A model generated the notes under the pieces. That model was given only the letters and a program-made list of their open reading frames with translations. It was not told the origin of the DNA and ran no database searches. Below are positions 16,883-25,748 of a DNA stretch of 64,000 nt, in pieces. The stretch spans positions 1,462 through 65,461 of the IMG/VR virus record IMGVR_UViG_3300045996_004591. The stretch is one strand, 5' to 3'. The DNA comes from a virus. Taxonomy: Duplodnaviria; Caudoviricetes. A program made the position numbers and the translations under genes. Positions within the stretch are counted from its first letter, which is position 1. Every line of letters starts with the position of its first letter.

Positions 16883-17069
16883 GCAGCTCGTGTGGCGAGC
16901 CCTTCGGATGCTTTCCGACGAAATGCACCACGCCGCCCCCGCGATCGCGTGGGCCAACCGCACCGTGCGGAAGCACCAGAGCACGGCCATTTACCTGCTG
17001 GGCATCGGCTTCACCCCGCGCGAGGTGAGCTTGGGCGCGCAGCAATCCAACGACTGGAGCACCGAATGA
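16863..17069 (+). CDS. Hypothetical protein
   Basis: GGAGG SD; coupled to next gene. Confidence 0.5.
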   Translation: MQLQPSEQLVWRALRMLSDEMHHAAPAIAWANRTVRKHQSTAIYLLGIGFTPREVSLGAQQSNDWSTE

Positions 17070-17674
17070 GCTTTGAACCCCGTGGAAAAGTGGCGACGCT
17101 GATCAACGCGATGCGCGCCGCGCCTGAGAAAGTCGTCTGGAAGGCCGGCGAGGTGGCCACCACGATGGGCGTGGCACAAGGCAACTTGATAGCCTATCTG
17201 CGCGCGTGCATCGAGCACCGCATGATCTACCGAAAGGTGGAGGACGGCAGGAGCTACTTCAGCCTGACGCCCTTTCCGGATGCTGCGCCCCGTGACCCCC
17301 AGCCGCTGCGCATTCCTACGATCGCCAAGCCGGGCGACTGGGTGCCCCCGGTGATGACCCCGCCACGAGGCATGACTGGACACGTGCCGCGCGCGCCGCT
17401 GCCCGAGCCGCTGCATCAGGTCCTTTGTGTCGCGCCACCCGCGCCAGTTGCGCAACCAGAACCGGAACCCGTCACGCTGGAGCCGGATGTGCGCGACGAA
17501 CCGGAATGCGCGGAGATCCCAGCGGCCGCGGAGGCCCCCGAATTCGAAGCCGCGCTGTGGCACGACGGCGACCTGGTGATGTACGGGCTGGAGGAATTGG
17601 AGGACGGCGGCTACCGCGTGCCGGCCAAGAACGTCGACTCGCTGCGCTGGATGCTCGGAGGGCGCGCGCCATGA
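17066..17674 (+). CDS. Winged-helix protein with Pro-rich linker
   Basis: WKAGEVATTMGVAQGNLIAYLR...IYRK wHTH-like pattern. Confidence 0.55.
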   Translation: MSFEPRGKVATLINAMRAAPEKVVWKAGEVATTMGVAQGNLIAYLRACIEHRMIYRKVEDGRSYFSLTPFPDAAPRDPQPLRIPTIAKPGDWVPPVMTPPRGMTGHVPRAPLPEPLHQVLCVAPPAPVAQPEPEPVTLEPDVRDEPECAEIPAAAEAPEFEAALWHDGDLVMYGLEELEDGGYRVPAKNVDSLRWMLGGRAP

Positions 17675-18273
17675 GCACAGCCGACGAGCTTTTCGGGACC
17701 GGCCTGGCCGAAGTGGGCGAGCGGCCCGCGCCAGTCGCACTCTCCGCGCCCGCGCCGCGCAAGGCGGCCAAGAAATTGCCGGGCTACGTAGCCGCGCAAT
17801 CTCAGCCGGGCAAGCCCGTCACCGTGACGCTGCCGTATCCGATCAGCGCGAACGTCTACTGGCACAGCCGCATCGTCAAGGCCAAGGCCACCGGCAAGCA
17901 GATCGTGGTCACGCACCCAACTCGGGACGCGCAGAACTATTGCGAGGACGTGGGCTGGCGCTGCAAGGCCGCTGGTGTCAGGCAACCGATCCACGGCCGC
18001 GTGCGCGTTGACATCGCGCTATACCCGAGTCGGCCGCAGGACTGGGCAAAACGCGCTTCGAAAGACCCGCTGTACTGGGACAACGATGTGCGGTGCATTG
18101 ACCTCGACAACGCCAACAAGGTGCTGCTCGACGCGCTCAAGGGCGTCGCCATGGAAGACGATGCTTGGGTCTACGAGCTGCACAGCCAACGCATGGAACC
18201 TGACGGCGAGGCTCGGGTTGTGGTGACCATTACGCCGCTGGTGAAGGTGAGCCCCCAGGAGGCGCTGCTTTGA
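17671..18273 (+). CDS. rusA: RusA-family Holliday junction resolvase
   Basis: LPYPISANVYW, DLDNANKVLLDALKG, EDDAWV. Confidence 0.88.
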   Translation: MSTADELFGTGLAEVGERPAPVALSAPAPRKAAKKLPGYVAAQSQPGKPVTVTLPYPISANVYWHSRIVKAKATGKQIVVTHPTRDAQNYCEDVGWRCKAAGVRQPIHGRVRVDIALYPSRPQDWAKRASKDPLYWDNDVRCIDLDNANKVLLDALKGVAMEDDAWVYELHSQRMEPDGEARVVVTITPLVKVSPQEALL

Positions 18274-18503
18274 ACGACCTCGCCCAGCTCGGAATGTCGG
18301 TGTTCGGCCTGGCCGCGATGGCGATGGCCTTCAGCGGCCGCGCCCGGCTGCTCAAGTGGGCTCCCATCGTCGGCCTTCTCGGCCAGCCGTTCTGGGCGCT
18401 GTTCGGGTGGCTGACATCGGCGTGGTCGCTGGTCTTCCTGGTGCCGGCCTTCACCGCGGTGTACGTGTTCGGGATCTGGAAGCAGTGGAGGCAGCCGGAG
18501 TGA
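18270..18503 (+). CDS. Small three-TM membrane protein
   Basis: WAPIVGLLGQPFW; hydrophobic. Confidence 0.7.
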   Translation: MNDLAQLGMSVFGLAAMAMAFSGRARLLKWAPIVGLLGQPFWALFGWLTSAWSLVFLVPAFTAVYVFGIWKQWRQPE

Positions 18504-18667
18504 TCATCGTGATCGTCCCGCGCGGCCGCGGCAACTGGCGGAAGGTGGAGCTGAGCATCGCCCAGCCGGCCGACCTGTTCCCGTCAGTGCGCGACCAGCA
18601 GGTGCGTGTGGGCGATGAGTGGAACGTGGCGGGCAGAGTGTGGCGGATCGTGGAGGTACGGCCGTGA
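18500..18667 (+). CDS. Hypothetical protein
   Basis: GTGA overlaps on both sides. Confidence 0.55.
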   Translation: MIIVIVPRGRGNWRKVELSIAQPADLFPSVRDQQVRVGDEWNVAGRVWRIVEVRP

Positions 18668-19212
18668 GCAAAGCGAGTGCCATCCTGATCTGCCCGACCG
18701 TCGCATTGCGGAGCCTTCCAGACCGCGATCGCGATGTGCTGCGCACGTTCTTCACCGAGCACGTGCGCGGTATGGACCGCAAGCACGACACCCGCTGGAG
18801 GCGCTTTGTACGCGACCTGTTCAACGCCGAGCCGGGCGAGGGGTTCCAGCTCTATCGCGCGGAGCAGCGCGGCGGCCCGTACCACAAGCGCCACCGCGCC
18901 ATCCTCACGCGCCTGTACGAGAGCCAGGAGCGCTTCCGCCACATCGACAAGCTGCACGACTGGCTGAAGGTCGGCGCCGGGTTCGTGACCTGGGAGCCTG
19001 GCACGGACAGCAAGCCGGTGGCTATCCCACGCTCCACCGCCTTCGAGGTGTGCTCCGAGGACGAAATGCGCGAGGCCCATGTGGCGATGGTGGACTTTCT
19101 GCGCACTGACTTCGCCACGCGCCGCCTCTGGCCGCACCTGAAAGCGCCGATGCGCCACGAAATGCTGGAGTCCGTGCTGGCCAACCCGAATGAAACCGAC
19201 GCCGCCCGGTAG
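18664..19212 (+). CDS. DUF1367/NinB-like protein
   Basis: RGGPYHKRH, WLKVGAGF, IPRSTAFEVCSEDEM. Confidence 0.7.
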   Translation: MSKASAILICPTVALRSLPDRDRDVLRTFFTEHVRGMDRKHDTRWRRFVRDLFNAEPGEGFQLYRAEQRGGPYHKRHRAILTRLYESQERFRHIDKLHDWLKVGAGFVTWEPGTDSKPVAIPRSTAFEVCSEDEMREAHVAMVDFLRTDFATRRLWPHLKAPMRHEMLESVLANPNETDAAR

Positions 19213-19239
19213 GCGGTCAACAACCTGGAGAGAGAGAAG

Positions 19240-19455
19240 ATGACCAAGACAGTTCGAATCGAAAACGCCGACACCAGCACCTACCCGGTGCGCGTCACCG
19301 GCCAGTACAAGGACGTCGACGGCAACTGGGTGGACGAAACCAGTTCCACGCAGTTGGACCACCCCACGGCGATGACCAGCGCTGGCATCCACAGCGGACG
19401 CCGACTAGTGATCGAAGAGCGCGCGGCAGATCCCGTGCCCACCGCACAGCCTTGA
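19240..19455 (+). CDS. Hypothetical protein
   Basis: MTKTVRIENADTSTYPV; SD present. Confidence 0.7.
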   Translation: MTKTVRIENADTSTYPVRVTGQYKDVDGNWVDETSSTQLDHPTAMTSAGIHSGRRLVIEERAADPVPTAQP

Positions 19456-19458
19456 GCC

Positions 19459-19962
19459 ATGGCCAGCCTGAACACCATGGTCAATGTGAGCGCCGAGCGG
19501 GTGCGCGAGCTTCTGGCTTATGACCCGCAAACCGGCGCGTTCACGTGGCGCGTGAAGCGCGGGCCGTGTTCGGCTGGCTCTGCCGCCGGAACTCTTCGGC
19601 CTGACGGATACCTGCAAATCGGAATAGACGGCAAGCACTACCTTGCGCACCGAGTTGCCGTGCTCTACATGACGTGGCAATGGCCGCCTGATGAAGTCGA
19701 CCACGAACACTGGAAACGCGACGACAACCGGTGGTCGGAGATTCGGCCAGCTACACACGCCATGAACGGCCAGAACATCAGCCCGCGAACAGCGCCTGGC
19801 AAGGTGACCCCATTGCGTGGCGTTGAGCGTCGTGGCAACCGCTACCGCTCGCGATTCAAGGCGGGAGAAAAGTTCACCAACCTCGGGACATTCGGCAGCG
19901 CTGAAGAAGCGAACGCCACCTACGTCGCAGCCAAGCGTCCGCACGTCGAAGGAACGCCATGA
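19459..19962 (+). CDS. HNH endonuclease with AP2-like C-terminus
   Basis: YDPQTGAFTW, AHRVA, VDH...DDNR, N, LGTFGSAEEA. Confidence 0.85.
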   Translation: MASLNTMVNVSAERVRELLAYDPQTGAFTWRVKRGPCSAGSAAGTLRPDGYLQIGIDGKHYLAHRVAVLYMTWQWPPDEVDHEHWKRDDNRWSEIRPATHAMNGQNISPRTAPGKVTPLRGVERRGNRYRSRFKAGEKFTNLGTFGSAEEANATYVAAKRPHVEGTP

Positions 19963-20147
19963 CCACGCTGAACACCCAAGTCAAGCGAGTAGCCGGGATG
20001 TTGGGGACCAAGGACTTGAGCGACTGGGAAGTGTCGTTCGTGCAGTCTCTGGTCGAGAAGACCAAAAACGGCGACGACACGCGCAGCCTCACCGAGAAGC
20101 AGGTCACGGTGTTGGAGCGCATCCACAACAAGCACTTCGAAGGATGA
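19959..20147 (+). CDS. Hypothetical protein
   Basis: LSDWEVSFV...LTEKQ; coupled. Confidence 0.7.
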   Translation: MTTLNTQVKRVAGMLGTKDLSDWEVSFVQSLVEKTKNGDDTRSLTEKQVTVLERIHNKHFEG

Positions 20148-20515
20148 CCATGAACAACCAAACCACTACCGAGGCCGAAATTGCGGCCGTATCCACCGCC
20201 CCGCGCGTCACGCCTGCGGACGTCGAGGCGAACATCGCTGCAGAGTACAGCTTCACCGCCGACAAAGCCGTTGGCGATGGTGTGCCGCTGATGCCGGCGC
20301 TCAGCCTGCTCACGTTCTGCGTGCTGGTCCTGCGCAACGGCTTCACCGTCACGGGCCAAAGTGCCTGCGCAAGCCCGGAGAACTTCAACGCCGAAATTGG
20401 TCGGCGCGTTGCCCGCGAGGACGCCATCCGCCAGTGCTGGCCGCTGCTCGGCTACGAGCTGAAGGAGCGGCTGTACCAGCGCACGGTGCCGCCGCAGCCG
20501 CCCGCGGAGGCCTGA
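20144..20515 (+). CDS. N4 gp49/Sf6 gp66-family protein
   Basis: APRVTP, LTFCVLVLRNGFTVTGQSACASPENFNAEIG, WPLLGY. Confidence 0.88.
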   Translation: MTMNNQTTTEAEIAAVSTAPRVTPADVEANIAAEYSFTADKAVGDGVPLMPALSLLTFCVLVLRNGFTVTGQSACASPENFNAEIGRRVAREDAIRQCWPLLGYELKERLYQRTVPPQPPAEA

Positions 20516-20519
20516 GCCC

Positions 20520-20762
20520 ATGGCCTTCGTCATCCCTCCCGGTCGCAACGCCACCCTGGCCGACGCATGGGCCAAGCACAAGGCTGCCCAGCGCGCCGAG
20601 ACCAAGGCCTCGAAGGTGAAGGCAAAACCGGAAGCTGCCGCGCCGGTGACGAAGGCCGACGTGCATAAGAAACCCACCAAAGTGACGAAAGCACCCGCCG
20701 ACCTGCATAAAAAGGCCGGGAAAGTGCATACGTCGGCGAAGAAGAAGACCGCCAAGAAATGA
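20520..20762 (+). CDS. Lys/Ala-rich basic protein
   Basis: Repeated KA(D)VHKK-like units; composition like histone H1. Confidence 0.55.
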   Translation: MAFVIPPGRNATLADAWAKHKAAQRAETKASKVKAKPEAAAPVTKADVHKKPTKVTKAPADLHKKAGKVHTSAKKKTAKK

Positions 20763-21231
20763 CGTTTGACCGTCCCACCATCGAAGAGCGCCGCGAGCGC
20801 CGCGCCGCCGAGCGCGCCGCCAACCTGAAGGCGCTGGCCACCACCACCTTGCGGCCCGTGAGCTCGGGACAGTACGCAGGAACCACCACCGGCCCGGCGC
20901 CCAAAGAGAACGTGCTGGAGAGCGCCGCCTACGAAGCCGCCGTGCGCCGCCTACCGTGCGCCAGGTGCGGCATCGTCGGGTTCACCCAGTTCTGCCACAC
21001 CGACATGGGCAAGGGCATGGGCCTCAAGACCGATGTTCGCCGCGGCTGGGCCGGGTGCGGGCCGCGCGACACCATGCCCGGTTGCCACTGGCTGATCGGC
21101 ACCAGCGGCCAGATCAAGCGCGCCGCGCGCCGGATATCCTCGAAGCAGGTTACGCCGCCTGGACGCGCGCCGAGGTGCTGCGCCGTGGCTGGTGGCCCAA
21201 GAAGTTACCCCTGTGGGAGGAAGCGACGTGA
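20759..21231 (+). pseudogene. NinG/DUF968-like Zn-binding protein with apparent 2-bp insertion near 21134
   Basis: LPCARCG..QFCH..GKGMGLKTD..C..CH; CGG ATATC CTC shifts the frame; the other frame ends at a GTGA overlap at 21228-21231. Confidence 0.6.
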
Positions 21232-21578
21232 CCTACGCCGAAGCCGTGGACCTGCGATCGCGCCAGCTCGCAGGCGCCAGCATCGCCCCGGAGTTGATAG
21301 CCCGCGCCATTGCCGTGATCAAGGCCGGCCGCCCGATGCGCCGAGGCGGGCGCCCTTCGGAACTGGATCGCGGGTTGCCGCGGGATCTGCTCAAGGCGCT
21401 GGTGGACGGACCGATGGAACGCGACGACTTCTATGCCTTGGCCGCTCGGCTGTACCAAGGCGCCGGGCGCAAGAAAGGCCCGTACTCGCGCATCAACCAG
21501 ATGATGAATGAGGGCTGGATCGTCGCCCAGGTGGTCCTGACGCCCGAGGGCATGCAAAAAGTAGGAGCTGAGTCGTGA
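21228..21578 (+). CDS. Hypothetical protein
   Basis: GGAGG SD, GTG start, coupled. Confidence 0.6.
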   Translation: MTYAEAVDLRSRQLAGASIAPELIARAIAVIKAGRPMRRGGRPSELDRGLPRDLLKALVDGPMERDDFYALAARLYQGAGRKKGPYSRINQMMNEGWIVAQVVLTPEGMQKVGAES

Positions 21579-22024
21579 CTCGCAAAAAAAACCACCGCAT
21601 GCGTCGTACGGTCAAAGCCGACGGACTGCACGCCTTCCGCAACAGCCAGCCCACGCAGCCCGCCGAGGTGGCTCGCATCATGGTGATGATTCGAATCGCC
21701 TACGAGCGCTTGAAGTCCGGCGGCGGCAGCGAAGCGGACTTCGACCGGGTGGGCGCCGCCCTGAACATTGGCCTGATCCGCGCCGAGTCGATCGGCCAGC
21801 CCCTGGTGGAGGCCTTCAAGCACGCGGGCGAGGCAATGCTCGAGAGCGTCACCCTATGCCGCAAGCACGGGAAATTCGGCTTCAGCGGGCCGGGCCTGCT
21901 GCACATGAATGCCGGGATGGACCTGTACGAGGAAGTGCTGGCCCTGTCATCGCCCAACCAGATGGAAGCCGCGGCGCAAGAGGGCGCCGCCCGGATTCGC
22001 CGCGGCCACTTCACTACAGCCTGA
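21575..22024 (+). CDS. Hypothetical phage protein
   Basis: AGGAG SD, GTGA overlap. Confidence 0.7.
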   Translation: MTRKKNHRMRRTVKADGLHAFRNSQPTQPAEVARIMVMIRIAYERLKSGGGSEADFDRVGAALNIGLIRAESIGQPLVEAFKHAGEAMLESVTLCRKHGKFGFSGPGLLHMNAGMDLYEEVLALSSPNQMEAAAQEGAARIRRGHFTTA

Positions 22025-22034
22025 AAGGACCTCC

Positions 22035-22358
22035 ATGAGAACTGACATTTTTTGCCGCGTCCAGCCATGGGACGACAACGTGGATGTCGTGGTGCGCACG
22101 AAGCACGAAGACGGCCGCAGGTTCGTGGCGCTGCCGGTGGTGATGAAGGAAATGCACCCCGACGACGTGGTGCTGGAGCCTACGTTGCGCATGAACCCCA
22201 CCGAGGCGCAACGGCTGATGGACGAACTGTGGAAATGCGGACTGCGCCCCAGCGAGGGTAAGGGCAGCGCGGGAAGCCTGGCGGCCACCGAGCGCCACCT
22301 GAAGGACATGCAGACGATCGCGCTGGGGCTGCTGAAGCAGCACGGCGTTCAACCCTGA
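22035..22358 (+). CDS. Hypothetical phage protein
   Basis: AQRLMDELWKCGLRPSEGKGSAG. Confidence 0.7.
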   Translation: MRTDIFCRVQPWDDNVDVVVRTKHEDGRRFVALPVVMKEMHPDDVVLEPTLRMNPTEAQRLMDELWKCGLRPSEGKGSAGSLAATERHLKDMQTIALGLLKQHGVQP

Positions 22359-22446
22359 AAAAGCGAAAGGAGCCAGCAGCACCGCCACCAGCCCCTTCCA
22401 GATACATCCCGACCTCAGAGACCGGAATTGTAAACGGAGGTGACCA

Positions 22447-22932
22447 ATGGCAGCAACTGAACGCACCAGCAGCGAGACGATCTACCAAGCCTGTGTCGGC
22501 CTTCGCAACGAGGGCCGGCTGATCACCCGTCAGGTATTGGTGAAGATCACCGGCCTGCGCATGGGCATCGTGGACGACCACGTCACCCGCATGGTGGACA
22601 ACGACAAGCTGCGCCGGGTGGCCAGCGGAGTGCTCGAGGTGGTGGACCAGTTCCCCGCCGATCGGGCGATCAGCAAGACCCGGATGCCCGACGGCACGGT
22701 GATCATCGAGGTAGGCGACGACGTCTTGAAGCTGACCCCGAGCGAAGCGCAGAAGGTGGGAGCGGATCTGATGGGAGAGGCCACGGTGTTCGCCCAGCTG
22801 AGGGGAGACCGGGACGTGCAGGACCAGGTGGCGAAGCTGCAGCGCGAGGCGACGGAAGCCAAGCGCCGGATGGGCGACATGGCCAAGGAATTGGTAAGGC
22901 TACGCCAGCAGCCCGAGCTGGCATTTGAATAG
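22447..22932 (+). CDS. wHTH-containing protein, candidate late-gene regulator
   Basis: GGAGG SD; ITRQVLVKITGLRMGIVDDHV HTH-like; next-to-last gene before terS. Confidence 0.6.
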   Translation: MAATERTSSETIYQACVGLRNEGRLITRQVLVKITGLRMGIVDDHVTRMVDNDKLRRVASGVLEVVDQFPADRAISKTRMPDGTVIIEVGDDVLKLTPSEAQKVGADLMGEATVFAQLRGDRDVQDQVAKLQREATEAKRRMGDMAKELVRLRQQPELAFE

Positions 22933-22941
22933 GAGAACGAC

Positions 22942-23436
22942 TTGACCAAGCACAACGGAGACAGCAGGATCAACCCCCATGACCTAATCGCCGCGAGCAT
23001 CGTGCAGGGCGCCTTGGAGGCCACGAAACTTCCACCGGCCGCGGCAAGAGCGATGTTTCGAGCCTTGGGGGCGGCCGGAGTGCAGCCGCCCAGCCCCGAT
23101 GATCCGAACGCCCAGGCGCTGAGCGAGCGGATGAGGGCGCTGGAAAACCAGCCCGAACCGACGATTGACGACGACGACCCTGACACCCAGCGCGCCGCCC
23201 TGCGCATCGAGGCGCACCAGGATGCCCTTGTGCTGGCTCTGGCGCGCGAGCGGCTTGAGGGCGCGGGCGAAGTCGACACCCGGCTGACGGGCTTCGACTA
23301 CCCAGCCACGGAGACCGCCCCAGCCTACCGCGAATACGAGCTGGACGGCCAGCCCCTAGTCCGGTTTTACTCGCCCGAGGTTGCCTTCGATGAAGGGAAC
23401 ATGCTGGTCAATCTGCGGTACCGTGTGGCTGCATGA
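22942..23436 (+). CDS. Hypothetical protein
   Basis: AGGAG SD, TTG start. Confidence 0.55.
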   Translation: MTKHNGDSRINPHDLIAASIVQGALEATKLPPAAARAMFRALGAAGVQPPSPDDPNAQALSERMRALENQPEPTIDDDDPDTQRAALRIEAHQDALVLALARERLEGAGEVDTRLTGFDYPATETAPAYREYELDGQPLVRFYSPEVAFDEGNMLVNLRYRVAA

Positions 23437-23451
23437 GCCCGGAAGCCCAAG

Positions 23452-23494
23452 CCCCCCAGTCCGGTTAGCCAGTTATTCCCAGCGCCGACACACT
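23452..23494 (+). promoter_or_regulatory. Late promoter 1 (CCCCCCAGTCCGG + CACACT)
   Basis: Motif recurs upstream of late gene blocks with identical spacing. Confidence 0.75.
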
Positions 23495-23550
23495 CGGCGC
23501 CCATGAATGCACCGGAACGCAACGCCGAGCCCTTCGGAGCCTCACGGTAA

Positions 23551-24162
23551 ATGGGGCGCCGCAACGACATCGACTGGGAAGCCATCGAGCGCGACTTCCG
23601 CGCCGGGCAGCTGTCCGTGCGTGAAATCGGCGCCAAACATGGCGTCGCCCCGTCCTCCATCACCCGCCGCGCTGACAAGGACGAGGCCGCGGGTAGACCA
23701 TGGACCCGTGACCTGACCGGCGCCGTCCAGGCTCGCACCAAGGAAAAGCTGGTCCAGCCCGCCGAAAGCGCACAAAGCAACGCCGCCAACGCAACGCAAC
23801 GCGCACACCACCGTGCATTGCAGGCTGAGCAGGCGATCGAGGAAGCCGCCGAAACGAACGTGCAGGTGATCCTCGCCCACCGCGGCACCATCACCAAGGC
23901 GCGCGGCATCACCGCCTCACTGTTGGACGAGCTCGAGGCCGGCGCGTTGGCCAGCCCCAAGGCCAAGAAGAAGGCGCCGCTGGAGAAGCGGGCGACCATG
24001 CTCAAGTCCCTGTCTGAAGCCATGCGCATCCAGATCGGCCTGGAGCGCCAGGCGTTCAACATCGCCGATGGCGGGCAGGACCTGGCCGACCCGCTCAACT
24101 CCCTGCTGTCCGACCTGATGAAGCGCCGCAGCGCCCTGCCGATCGTTGAGGACGTCGAGTGA
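23551..24162 (+). CDS. terS: Terminase small subunit
   Basis: DWEAIERDFRAGQLSVREIGAKHGV HTH, LERQAFNI; precedes terL. Confidence 0.85.
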   Translation: MGRRNDIDWEAIERDFRAGQLSVREIGAKHGVAPSSITRRADKDEAAGRPWTRDLTGAVQARTKEKLVQPAESAQSNAANATQRAHHRALQAEQAIEEAAETNVQVILAHRGTITKARGITASLLDELEAGALASPKAKKKAPLEKRATMLKSLSEAMRIQIGLERQAFNIADGGQDLADPLNSLLSDLMKRRSALPIVEDVE

Positions 24163-25748
24163 GCGCGCTGCCCACCAGCGCCGAAGAGCTCGCCTTGAAT
24201 CTGGCCGATCCCATGTATCGGCTGTCGAACCTGTACTACATCACGGTGAAATCCGAGGGCGACGAGGACGGCGAGGGCAAGCGCGTGCTGTTCCAGATGA
24301 ACCGCCACCAGCGCAGGTTTGTCGAGCGGATGTGGCACCGCAACATCATCCTGAAGGCCCGCCAGCTCGGGTTCACCACGCTGATCTGCATCCTGTTCCT
24401 GGACCACGCGCTGTTCAACAAGGACCAGCGCTGCGGCATCGTGGCGCAGGACGACGGCGCGGCCAAGGCGATCTTCCGCGACAAGGTGAAGTACGCCTAC
24501 GACAACCTGCCCGAGTCGCTGCGCCGGGCCATGCCGCTGGCCAAGGATGCGGCCGACGAGCTCTTGTTCGCCCACAACAACAGCTCCATCCGGGTGGCCA
24601 CCTCGATGCGATCGGGCACGCTGGACCGCCTGCACGTCTCCGAGTTCGGCAAGATCTGCGCGAAGTACCCGGACAAGGCCAACGAGGTCATCACCGGCTC
24701 GCTGCCGGCCGCTGAGTCCGGGGTGGTGATCATCGAGTCCACCGCCGAAGGCCAGGAGGGCGCGTTCTACGACTACACCCAGCTGGCTCAGAAAAAGCAG
24801 CAGCAGCGCCACAAGCTCACGCGCAAGGACTTCCGGCTGCACTTCTTTCCCTGGTGGCAGGCCGACGAGTACCGCATGGACCCGGTTGGCGTGCACATCA
24901 GCGACCAGGACCACGATTACTTCGCCAAGATCGAGCGCACCGAGGGCTGCGCGATCGACGCCGGCCAGCGCGCCTGGTACGTGGCCACCCGGGACACCGA
25001 CTTCGTGGGCCGCGAAGAGAAGATGTGGCAGGAATACCCGTCCACATCGGACGAGGCCTTCCAGCAGTCCAACGACGGCGCCTACTACCTGAAGGACATG
25101 GCCAAGCTGCGCCGGCGCGGCGGGATCCTGGACGTGCCGCTGCTGGACGTGCCGGTCTACACCTTCTGGGACATCGGCAACACCGACGGCTGCGCCCTGT
25201 GGCTGATGCAGCGATCGCGCGCCGGCGACCGCTTCGTGGGCTATCACGAAGAACACGGCGAAGACCTGCGCCACTATGCCCGCTGGCTGTTCGACTGGGC
25301 CCAGGACAACGAGCTGCGCTTCGCCAGGCACTTCCTGCCCCACGACGCGGCGCACCGCAAGCTCTCCGACTACAACAAGACCACCGAGGAAATGCTCAAC
25401 GAGCTCGGTGTGAACAACACGGTCATCGTGCCGCCCATCACGGACCTGCAGACCGGCATCCAGGCCACCCGCCGGGCGCTGCGCGACGTGGTTTTCGATG
25501 AGACCCGCTGCAAGGAAGGCATCGCGCGCATCGACGGCTACAGCCGGACCTGGAACAAGACCCTGGGCAAGTGGATCGACTCGCCCAACAAGACCAACGG
25601 CTGCAGCGAGGGCGCGGATGCCCTGCGCCAGTACGCGCAGGCCCGTGAAGCCGGGCTCGTCCCGGACGCCGCCACCTACGACCCTCTTCCAACTCGTCCA
25701 GACCTCGACCGCGAGGAACGCGACGATCCACCTGACTGGCGCCTATGA
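24159..25748 (+). CDS. terL: Terminase large subunit
   Basis: ILKARQLGFTT Walker A, LHVSEFG Walker B, IESTAEG, WDIG nuclease motif, ADALR. Confidence 0.95.
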   Translation: MSALPTSAEELALNLADPMYRLSNLYYITVKSEGDEDGEGKRVLFQMNRHQRRFVERMWHRNIILKARQLGFTTLICILFLDHALFNKDQRCGIVAQDDGAAKAIFRDKVKYAYDNLPESLRRAMPLAKDAADELLFAHNNSSIRVATSMRSGTLDRLHVSEFGKICAKYPDKANEVITGSLPAAESGVVIIESTAEGQEGAFYDYTQLAQKKQQQRHKLTRKDFRLHFFPWWQADEYRMDPVGVHISDQDHDYFAKIERTEGCAIDAGQRAWYVATRDTDFVGREEKMWQEYPSTSDEAFQQSNDGAYYLKDMAKLRRRGGILDVPLLDVPVYTFWDIGNTDGCALWLMQRSRAGDRFVGYHEEHGEDLRHYARWLFDWAQDNELRFARHFLPHDAAHRKLSDYNKTTEEMLNELGVNNTVIVPPITDLQTGIQATRRALRDVVFDETRCKEGIARIDGYSRTWNKTLGKWIDSPNKTNGCSEGADALRQYAQAREAGLVPDAATYDPLPTRPDLDREERDDPPDWRL

